From positions 224,436 through 288,435 of the forward strand of contig SMSO01000031.1 in NCBI GenBank assembly GCA_004764695.1: 64,000 nt of DNA, written 5' to 3'. This document shows, piece after piece, positions 1 to 10,231 of the stretch. Within the stretch, counting starts at the first letter, position 1, and every line of letters begins with the position of its first letter. The DNA is from Schizochytrium sp. TIO01. Its lineage: Eukaryota > Protista > Bigyra: Labyrinthulomycetes. A program made the position numbers and the translations under genes. Under the pieces are notes generated by a model that saw nothing but the letters and a program-made list of their open reading frames with translations, made no database searches and was not told the origin of the DNA.

Positions 1-754
1 CTCTACGTGGCCATCGCCTGGGCGTAATCGATAGGCAATGCGGTTGTTTACCTCTTTGTCTTCTCGATGACGCTTTACGTCATAATACCCTTCGAACGCC
101 ATCGTGAAGGCCACCACGAGAACAAGCCCAAGTAATGTACCGCCAGCTGCGTAGGGGCTATCAAAGAGATTAGTTTTTAGTACCAAGGATCGCAAGAATT
201 ACGATAACGAGGAAATAAACGTTGCTGAGATTGCGAAACTGCTCTGCACCACATTTGAAGAGAAAGTTGAAGAGTGTATACCTAGCTGTTTGCACATAGT
301 TGCTTGGTCTGGACTTTTTCATTTGATCTGATACAGGAAGGTCCATGATGAGCTCTTGCAAAGCCTCAGAGTTGCCGTAGCCAAACCATCTACAGATTCG
401 TGCACACAGATTTTTCGAGCCTGCTTGACCTTTTCCCGCTTCGTCCATTGCAAGCGAAGGCTGTGACATTGCCGTCGTCCCCATCGTCGATAGACGGTCC
501 TTGGACTCTGGGCCATCAGTCATCTCGCTTGTCGTGGTTGGCAGGACTGTTGCCGCACCCGTACCCGAAGGATGAGTCTCATCCGCCTCGTGATGTTGCT
601 CATGCTGGTTATAATCTAAACCACTGTCGTCTTCTGTGTCTTCCTGAGGCGCATACTCCTCCTCGTCTGTGGTAAATTGCTCGAGATCGTCAGCCTCCTG
701 GTCCTTGTGAAAGTCTGCGGCATCGTGTCGAGAGTCCTTGCGCCCCGAGGCCAT
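1..754 (-). CDS. P4-type ATPase (phospholipid flippase), N-terminal part; runs off the left edge; +1 frameshift at about 174-178
   Basis: SNYVQTARYTLFNFLFK..EQFRNLSNVYFLVIVIL is the PhoLip_ATPase_N motif. After the TAA at 170-172 the +1 frame reads TNLFDSPYAAGGTLLGLVLVVAFTMAFEGYYDVKRHREDKEVNNR (TM2 and the KRHxxD motif). Likely start is ATG 754 (MASGRKD). Confidence 0.9.
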
Positions 755-1632
755 CCTGGCGACGTCAAGGGGCGAGAATGAGACCAAGTAGTTCCACGAC
801 TGCCGCGCCGACTCGGTCAACGAATGGAAAACTCAGTTGCTTCCACTTCGACTCCAATGTCCCCGAACACGCGAAATTACCAAACAAACAAAAGAAACAA
901 AAGAAACAAAAGTAAAAAGTAAAAGTAAAAAAAAAAACGGGGAAAAGCGGCAATCCTCACAACAAAAGAAACAAATCCTGCCAGCTGAAGGCTCGCTTTA
1001 TGTTCTTTTATCTGTCTGCCTCCACCGAGCACACTCTGTCGCTCAATCAAACGATTGACTTCAATCAATCAATCTATCTATCACGCGAGTGCAGACCACA
1101 ACACAGTAAGTGCGTCGAGGCCTCCCTAGGTCTGGTGACGACGACAACGATAATCCACCAGAACGAACTGCGATTTATTTGCCACCCCGTCACTACAAGA
1201 ATGAAATCTCGCCAGCTCCACCTGCGCCGGCTTCAGACACGCACGCCAAAGCAGGAAACTGTTTATACAGAACAACACCAAAACCCAAAGCAAGCTACTG
1301 CAAGCTGCTATAACCAAACGCAACTGAAATATTGCACACACCAGGACCAGAAAAGAAACCCACGTCGAAAAACTATGCAGTAAAAGCACAAAGTAAAACC
1401 AAGGCAGTAAGTAACCTCACTTCGCTCGCTCCCTCGCTCACTCACTGGCTGCCTCACTCCCTCGCCCTCCTTCGCCGGTAAGCTCAGCCTCCCAACCTTC
1501 AAGCAAGCAAGGAAGCAAACACTCACTGCCTCCACTTCCACGGCCAGAATGAAAGAATGAATATATATATCACAAAAGCTCCACCTCCTGGCCAACAACT
1601 AGCGCCTCTTTCAATATGTGCCCTCCAATGAG

Positions 1633-2100
1633 AATGAATGAATGAATGAATCAATGAATCAATCGATCAATCGATCGATCCGCCAAACTGCGACCAAGGC
1701 TCGCACAGTCGCCAAGCTCTCCTCGAAGAACCAACCAACCCTCGACCTTGGAGAGCTGCTTTCCCTTGCCTCAAGTTATCAAGCTCTTCCAGCGCAATGA
1801 GATGCTCTGCTCTTGTACCAGGTCAGTCAGTCAGTCAGTCCGAGTCGCCTTCAGACAGACAAACGAACAAACAAACCAGCAAACAGCAAACAAACAAACA
1901 AACTAGCTAGCTAGCTAGCTGACTCCGGCTCTGGCGGCCTGCGTGTCTGCGTGTCTGCGTCTGCAGCGCCGCTCAGCGAGAGGCGATCGAGCAGAACTCT
2001 GCCTGAGAAGAGCAGAAGAGAGTCTCCAACGAAGAGAACGATTGAAAGCGCAATGAGAGAGACAGAGACAGAGAGAGAGAGAGATCAAAGGAACAGAGAG
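1633..2100. repeat. Cluster of short microsatellites (AATG/AATC, CAGT, AAAC, CTAG, GA) upstream of the P4-ATPase
   Basis: Directly visible tandem 2-4-mers. Confidence 0.8.
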
Positions 2101-2610
2101 GCAGACAGACCACAGCGGCCTCCGCCCCAGAGGCGCTTGAGAGCAGCCGCCGCAGAAACTTCAAACCGCGCCCCCTCGCGCCGCCCCCAACTGTCCCCTC
2201 CCCACCCACTGGCCCTGCTTCGCCTTTTCGCTTGACCCTCAAACCACTACTACCCCAAACTATACCACACAACTACACACAGGCCCCCAGTCTGCGGCAG
2301 AGGGACAGCGGGAAGGGTTCGCAATATGACGGAGGAAACGAAGAATCCAAACAGAGGGAGAAAGCACACTGCTACCAGATAAGGTTAGGAGGCACTAGGA
2401 GTGCCAGGGAGGCGTTTCCTCGAACTGGCCAACCCCTCTCTGGCGAATTCTGCTGCTTCGCGATGCGCGCGTACTCCTAGCGACCTTCTATCCCTTACCG
2501 TAGCAGTGGTGTGTTTTGCGTTCTCCGGCGAGGACGGTAGAAGTCAGCTACGGAACTATAGCACTGAGTTCTGTTCCAGGTGTTCTGGGCACTCTCAAGG
2601 ACGATGACTT

Positions 2611-2641
2611 TGAATGATTGAATGATTGAATGATTGAATGA
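2611..2641. repeat. (TGAATGAT)n short tandem repeat, about 4 copies
   Basis: Directly visible. Confidence 0.8.
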
Positions 2642-5299
2642 GTTTGGGCGAATTTGAGAGAGCTTGGACCTTGAGAATGAGGAGGTCTGAGCGCGGCACT
2701 CGGGTCCGTCGCGAGCGCGTGCTGCATGCGCGGCAGCGACGCTCGGTCGCTGAAGCGCGGCGCTGAAGCCCGGACTGTGGAGGTAGGTAGTCAGCGGAAG
2801 AAGATCGCTTGAGCCCGATTTGACAGATGAAAGAACAACAAAAGCCAACTTTGGACTTCGTTCCCAGGTTGCTTTGAACGACGCCGACGATGGCGACGGG
2901 GGGACACTCGACCCCCACGCGGACAGCAGCAGGGAGGCAACGCAAGTTCGCTGTCGGCGCTCTCGAGACTCGCAGCAGGACCGCCCGCGGAGCCCAATTT
3001 GGCGATTTGATTCGAACTGATCATAGTTCTCTTTCCTTTCTTTCGATTCGCTGCGATAATATGGGTTCCCTTTGTTCCCCTTGGTTCTCCATGCTCGTTT
3101 TCCTTTCCTTTTCCCTTTCTTTTGGGGGAATCGTAGTGATGAGTTGCCGTTCTTCTTTTGGAGGCAGGCGCCTGAAGCTTCGCGTGAGCTGTGATGCCGT
3201 AATGCTATCGAAGTTCAGATGGAAGGCCATGAAGAGCGAGGGAGCTGTCAGCATGCTCGCTCAACCTGGCGATGCTACTATTGCAGAGTATCAGCAACTT
3301 GGATGTCTACTTTTTGAGGAATTTCTGTTGTTTTGGGGTACTTCTAGCGAGGTACATCTACATAAAAATAGTATCGAAAGAAGCGAAGTCGCAAAATTGT
3401 CAAGTAGCGAACACCCTGAACCAGCGAAGGACCGGTTACACACGCCTCAGCTGAGCGGCGCCTCTGCACAAACTCGTGAACGTATTCCAAGCATCGTCAA
3501 AAGCTTTGCTTAGGGTGGTGCTGTGTCTTGGAACACCAAAACCATCGTAGGTACTAGCTTCTTCTTTTTTTCTTTTTTTCTTTTTTCTTTTACGATGTTC
3601 AAGTTTTTCTCATTTTATTTATTTTAATTAAAGATTAGAGAAATATTATTATAAATAGTTAACTACTAATAGGAAATCATTAATTGTTTATAACTAAAAG
3701 TAGAAAAGCAAAAGTTAAATTTGATTAAGAATCTAACATATGAAAACCTCGAGCGAAAGAATTGAGTTTGAGAGTGTCGTTCTACGACAACTTGTAACCG
3801 CACGCAGCGGCCTTACCCAACGGCAAAGCCCGAGTTGTCTGCGAAAATACCACACTACAGCTCTTGCTCGTCCTTGTCTGTCGGCCATCGCACGAGGCTG
3901 TCGTCCAGCGCATATGCCACCAGTCACTTCTGTGGCAGTGTGTGCATGATGGTGAGCCAGCCACCCTTGGTGTGCAGGAAGCGTGTGCAGGTCTTATGGT
4001 AAGTCGAATGGGAAACCAATATCGTGTGCCACTGATACCTACCTGCCTACGGTACTTAACCGAACTCGAAGATTTTGATGATCGTGACCAATTGTTCCTT
4101 ATTACTTAGTTACTCAGTCGGAAATATGTGTGATAGAAGCGCTTGTTTTGGCGCAGGGAGAAGATGGATGACCATGACTTATTCGTGTGTGTTAGATCTT
4201 GAAGCTTGTGAGATTGAAAGATGGTGACGTTGGGCTTGAGAAGGTTGTGCTAATCTTAGGACACGGAAGAACTGTACACAAAAGAAAGACTCTGTTCGGC
4301 GGTATGTTGCGAGGATCCGAAAGAACGGAAATGCTTGCCATTTTGCCCGATGGTCCTTAACTTCAATAGATTCTTTTCCTTGTTTGTGGGCAGCCTCAAT
4401 TGGAACATACCGCGCTTGGCAGCATCTATAACCTATGAAATGACTAGAAGACAAATCCTGTAGCTGCTGGTGTTCAACACAAAAACGTAGTCGTACTTTG
4501 GATATTTCTACTTTGCTCAGTGATAAAGAGGATTGAAATCGTCGTTTGTGGATAGACTCAGAACCCACTTTCAAGGGATAGTAAGCATTCCTTTACTTGG
4601 ATTAGAATCCAACGCTGTAGAAATTGCGAACTTAAAACACACGGGTACACACTGCCTATATGATTCTTTTGAGGTTATGGATTCTTTAGTATTTAGCTTG
4701 TATGCTTAAATTGGTGATGCGGTCTTGCTGTTCCCACATTCGGATGATGTAATTTAGTTATCCTCTCCTGAACAGATCCCTGAGTATTTTAACGCCGGTT
4801 GCTTTCGTCAGTTGCATCGCCTTCACCAGGTCGTCGTTGAGGGCTAATTCTGAAAAATAATAGGGTCAAATCCAAGTCAGAACATATCACCTGGACCCAG
4901 ATAGTTGAACTTCTCACTTAAAGTATTGAAGGGAGTTTCCATGAGAAAGGAAATAGTATCATGGTCATAACGTGGTAACCGAGATGCCAAAAGTTTTGAG
5001 GATTCGTGTTGAACTCCCTCCTTTGTTTTAAAAGTGATATCATATAAATCAGGCCTGGCCTTTATGAATGCAACTCACGAAGATAAACATTTATTAAAGT
5101 AAAACATATCAAGAATTTTCAACTGTCGCCGTTGAACATTCTGTAGAATAGAATCCACAACGACAATAATCGCACTATGAGTAGTATTTGAGTTTTGTCA
5201 GAAACAAAAATAGCACGAGAAGTAGATGTTCTTATACAGACAATATTTATTCGGGGAATGTATTTATTTGCACTCAGCATGGTTGTAAGACTAACCTTT

Positions 5300-5987
5300 C
5301 GTAGACAGAGGTCGCGCATCGCATCACAGAGCACGCTTCATGCTGTAAGTTGATATGGCTAGTCTAGGGTAAAGAAGACAATAATTCATCTCTCTTAAAT
5401 AAAAGTCTTTAGAGACTATTGTAAATTTGCGTAAAACGATCAGTGAGGGATGATTTCAACAGAGAGGTGAAGGGACGAGAATACTTAGAAAACAAAACTC
5501 AGTTTACATTGACGAAATCTGATAACGAAGTCTAGGCCTTGGATTATTCATGTTTTCCTGAAGATATTCCCGTATGTACACATGCTGATATTGAAAATCG
5601 AAGAAGCATGTTGGCAAGGCATTCATAGAGTCCTTACTACACCATTACAAGCTCTAACCTTGTTTAAATGGTATAAGACAAGAACTTGACATCAAATGCG
5701 AAGGTGCGAGAATAATGCAACTCAAGGGTGAAAGTGACTACATGATCCAGAGATTAGTTTTCAGCACATACACCGAGCTAATCTACATCAACAAAGGTAT
5801 ACCTTATGATGCGAAGCTTTACAATTTCTTGACAAACTGACAAACTTGATGAAAAGATAGTTCTGTAGCAGTTTCCAAGTCTACGACAAACCTCAACTTT
5901 TCTTCCATAGGCTCTTTCTTGCACATCTTCATTCGTCCGATGATTGCACGCCAAAGATACAAGCCCTGCTCTTGGATTCAAATGTTT
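5300..5987 (-). pseudogene. Decayed armadillo-repeat remnants downstream of the ARM-only gene
   Basis: In frame after the TGA: KHLNPRAGLVSLACNHRTNEDVQERAYG, matching the repeat consensus QDLNVGAEIVAAMRAHRTNADVQEKACG. Fainter traces follow (LSVCQEIV near 5830; LQHEACSV near 5330). Confidence 0.55.
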
Positions 5988-7859
5988 TCACATGATAAAG
6001 CACTCATGCTTCTTTACACTGAGACTTCTCAATGCATTATATCCAACTATGTTCTTACCTAGATTCATTCGATGAGTGCGCATGGCAGTCTTAACTTCTG
6101 CGCGAGCATTCAGCTGTTGGAGCAGGATCCCACAGGTATGAGAATTCTCAGCAAGCCTTCGCAATGCAGAGCATGCCCATTTATTCACCTCGGCATTTGT
6201 TCGATGCTTGCGCATGGCAGCTATAATTTCTGCTCCAGCATTCAATTTTTGGCCCAAAATCTCACAGTTTCGTTCATTCATAGCAAGATTCCATAATGCT
6301 CGGCATCCTTGTTCTTGAACGGCTGCATTAGTGAGATGTGTACGCATCGCGGTCGTGATCTCTGTGCCCACACACAGATTTTGTCCCAGGATTTCTTTGT
6401 TGCGATCGTCGAAGGCTAGATTAAAAATTGCACCACATGCCTGTTCCTGCACAGAATCTTTTGTCCGATGCGCACGCATGGAGGCGGCAATTTCTGAACC
6501 TGCATTCAATTTTTGCACAAAGTCTATTTTGTTGTCATCATTGCTTGCAGCGAGATTCCACAATACACCACATGCGTATTTTTGTACGTTTGTATTCCTT
6601 CGAAATGTGCGCATCGCGGTCACAATTTCCTTGCCAACATTTAAATCCTGTCCTAATTTTTCTGTGTTGCGATTACTCAAAGCAAGATTTACCAATGCCC
6701 CACATGCAGATTCTTGCACGGCTTCATTCTCTGGATGCATTCGCATGGCGGCTATGATCTCTGCGCCGGCATTCAACATTTGGCCTAGGATCTTACGAAT
6801 ACGATTACTTCCAGCAAGAGACCCCAGTGCCCAACATGCCTCTTTTTGCACATCTTCGTTTGTTCGATGTGTTCGCATACTGGCTACTATCTCTCTGCCC
6901 ACATCTAGTTTTTCCCCCAAGATCCTACGATTGCTATCATTCCAGGCAAGGCTACTTACTGCGGAACAAGCTTGTTTTTGCACGTATGCATTCGCTTGAT
7001 GTTCTCGCATGGCGGCAACAATCTCTAATCCGACATTCAAAGTTTGGCTAAGAAGTCTTCTGTTGCAATCGTCGCTTGTTGCAAGATTACACAACGCTCC
7101 ACACGCGTTCTCTTGTACATGTGCATTTTTCCGGTGCTCTTGCATGGCAGCCACAATCTCTAATCCAACATTCGAATTTTGGCAGAAACGCTTTCTTTTG
7201 TCATCGTTTCTAGGAAGATACCGCAATACTCCACATGCGTTTGCTTGCACGTCTGCATTCTTTGGATGTGCTCTCATAGCAACCACCATTTGTAAGCACA
7301 CAATCAAGTCTTGGCCCAGGATGTCGTAATCGAGATTCTTTGCAACAAGATTCAACAATGCCCCACAAGCATATCTTTGCACATCTGCATTCTCTCGATG
7401 TGCACGCATGGCAGAAACAATCTCTACGCTTAAATTTAACTTTCGCCCAAAGAAGGTACGATCGTGATCATTTAGAACAAGATGTCCCAGGACTGCACAT
7501 GCATATTTTTGTACAGCTGCATTTGATCGGTGCGTGTCCATAGCGGCCACAACGTCTACGCCTACACTTAGATCTCTTCCCAGGATCTCACAGTTACGAG
7601 TATTCCGAGCAAGGGTACTCAGCACCCAACATGCGTTTATTTGCACATCTGCATCTGTTTGATGTAAGCGCATGGCGGCTGCAACCTCTCTGCCTACAAT
7701 CAACTTTTGTCCCAGAGTCTCACAGTTGCAATTATCTTCAGCAAGAATAACCAATGCCCAACATGCAATTTTTTGTACACCTGCATTCGCTCGGTGTAAA
7801 CGCATGGCAACTACAATGTCTTCACCTACGTTCAGAGTTTGTCCCAGAGTCAAGGACAT
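5988..7859 (-). CDS. ARM-repeat-only protein (about 13 diverged 44-aa repeats plus a partial one), ending in CaaX motif CFIM; kinase-less member of the cluster
   Basis: 623-aa ORF from ATG 7859 with repeated LGQxLNVGxEIVAAMRxHRxNxxVQxxACxALxxLA; ends SVKKHECFIM*. May be 5'-truncated. Confidence 0.75.
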   Translation of the reverse strand: MSLTLGQTLNVGEDIVVAMRLHRANAGVQKIACWALVILAEDNCNCETLGQKLIVGREVAAAMRLHQTDADVQINACWVLSTLARNTRNCEILGRDLSVGVDVVAAMDTHRSNAAVQKYACAVLGHLVLNDHDRTFFGRKLNLSVEIVSAMRAHRENADVQRYACGALLNLVAKNLDYDILGQDLIVCLQMVVAMRAHPKNADVQANACGVLRYLPRNDDKRKRFCQNSNVGLEIVAAMQEHRKNAHVQENACGALCNLATSDDCNRRLLSQTLNVGLEIVAAMREHQANAYVQKQACSAVSSLAWNDSNRRILGEKLDVGREIVASMRTHRTNEDVQKEACWALGSLAGSNRIRKILGQMLNAGAEIIAAMRMHPENEAVQESACGALVNLALSNRNTEKLGQDLNVGKEIVTAMRTFRRNTNVQKYACGVLWNLAASNDDNKIDFVQKLNAGSEIAASMRAHRTKDSVQEQACGAIFNLAFDDRNKEILGQNLCVGTEITTAMRTHLTNAAVQEQGCRALWNLAMNERNCEILGQKLNAGAEIIAAMRKHRTNAEVNKWACSALRRLAENSHTCGILLQQLNARAEVKTAMRTHRMNLGKNIVGYNALRSLSVKKHECFIM

Positions 7860-10231
7860 CAATTTTTATTTTATTTTTACCTTACTAGGAATTGTTCTCT
7901 TTCAAGCTCTTCGCATCTGTAAGATTCTTCTATAATCCACATGCCCCAGGTTTTACGGGTGTTTTTATAGAAAATTGGGGACGTTCGCTCGGTCCGGAGA
8001 ACTATGCTCCTGGGTGTGCAATAGGTCGGACAGCGGGTTCATGAAGAAAAGAGAGAACCAAAAAAGAAAGAGATTAGTATGCGAGTGCTAGAAAGTACAT
8101 AAATACCTACAACGATGTAAAGCTTTGACGCCACTCTCACTAGTCAGAAGCTATTCCTGAAAATCTCTTTACTTGAGTGTTTTATTCAACCTGAAATAGA
8201 AGAAGTATTAGAACTCGTCTCTCTAACTACTAGTGAGAGTATCAATTACCTTAATGTCTACATGGTCATGCCTACCCAGTAAATTTCAAATATACGACCC
8301 AGTAAGTTCATTCCAGAAAATAATAGGTGTCGTGGCGAGGTATATCCTTTGTTTTGACAAATCAATGGTGCTTGCATAATGGAAAACCTCATGAACATTC
8401 AGACTAGAGGCTGAGATAGAGAATCGGAGGAGCAAGTGCTAGTGGCTATCACTTGAAGAGACCTCGGCTAACCCTTTGTAAATCTTAGGACTACTGGAAA
8501 CAATTGCTTAAATGTTTAAGCACTGGGACTGTTAATTTTCGAACACTTGATTAAGACAGCGATTTAACCTTCTTAGCAGTCCCTGTTTGGGTTAACTCCA
8601 GGTTACGATTTTGTTTGAGGAGTTCCTGCTTCTAGATTTTGCGGTAGTCTCATTGTAGCCATGCCTGAGAGAGCAATTGAGCCCCCGAAGGGAAGATCAC
8701 ATGGTCATAGTTGAGGGTGTCGTGATGTTGTGGACTGTGCGCGGATGACCTTGCGACGATCCTCTTTGTGGCTTTCGGCGGAAAAATTAGCAGTAAATTG
8801 AATATATGATCAAATAGGTAACGTTTCTGTTTTTTTTTTATTTCTCAGACGGTTGGATGTTTGGTAAGGTGGTTGCTGAAAGGTGATACTGATTAGCTTG
8901 AGGTTAACTGTAAAGATGAAGGCAAGAAGCTTGATTAAGGCTTTAAGAAGGTTGATTTAAGTGTTAGCGAACTGCTGTCCTGGGGAATGAATTCCAGGAC
9001 AGATGGATTCATGTAGTAGTTAGGGAATTAAGACATTCTTGAATGATGTGGATAGAGAAAATCGATGGGGTTAGGTTTATCCACCTTCTCCAACCATCGA
9101 TTCAAGCTAAACCAAGCTTGGGTGTAGTTAATGTGTATTCACACTTTTGATTATTGGTATCGGCAGCCACATGAGTCTGGCTGTCTATTCTTGTTCTATT
9201 GTAAACCGTATGTCTAGTGAGGTTTTACAAAGGGACACCAAGAACTCTGGTAATGTCTTGTCCACTAGTTCCTTCGATTGGAGATCTCAGCAGTGGTGGC
9301 GAAAGAATGGAAACCCATGGTATGTATGTGTCAATTTTGGATTGGTTTTGAATTTCAATATTGGGCAGGGGTTTGGGTTGGACTTAATGATAACAAGAAA
9401 GAATTAACTAAGAAGTGTATTGATCACACTGAATATTCGTTTTATCCCTCTAAAAGTGGCTCAGGCCTTGCGTTCTGTGTGAAAAGAGCGCACATGAGAC
9501 ATGCCTTGTGAGGAATGGCTCAGTCTTTGCAGGCGTGCCATATAGGAGAATTTGGGGGATGAGCTTGGCAAGTTTACGATTGGGTGAACTTGCAATAATT
9601 TTTCGATGTAAATGTGAAGAACTAGGAGGTGAGTTTTGGTAAGGTCTACGCACATTTCCACCTGCCCGATAAGTTTTTTGCTTTTTTTTTTGCAACAAAC
9701 TCGTACAGCAATACCTAAAGTATCAGGTATCGAGTTCGATAGAATAAATCAGAGATAAAGTTATAAGAAATGTTCGAACTAGGGACTCAATTCGAGCTTC
9801 AAACTTCGATCCATGTTTTTCTTCTGAATTAATTCCGTCTTTGAAAAAATTAAAATTAAAACCTTACCATGCCCTAACCTTTGAAAGATTTCATGTTTCT
9901 AGAAGTAGTACCTACAGTCATGATAGCGAAAGGCGCTTACCCGTCAGAGGATACGATTAACTATTCTTTTGCTTGCGTAAAATCTCAAGATGGAGGAACT
10001 TATGATGTAGAAGCTTATATATTCAAGTCATGGTAATTGATCAGAGAGATTTAAAAAAGTTCCACACTCACAAGTTAAAGGCGATGCGCGAACATTCAAC
10101 CTTTTGTTTAAAAACAAAGGAAAAAAGAAAAGCAAAGATACACGCCCTTTAAGAATCGTCAGTTCGATTGTATACGCGATGCGATATTCCACCTGAGCAG
10201 TGAACCGAATACACTTCTTTAAATGCTAGTT

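Noticed and set aside
2890-3513. 207-aa plus-strand ORF
   Set aside because: It has low-complexity T-rich segments and no recognisable domain; likely spurious.
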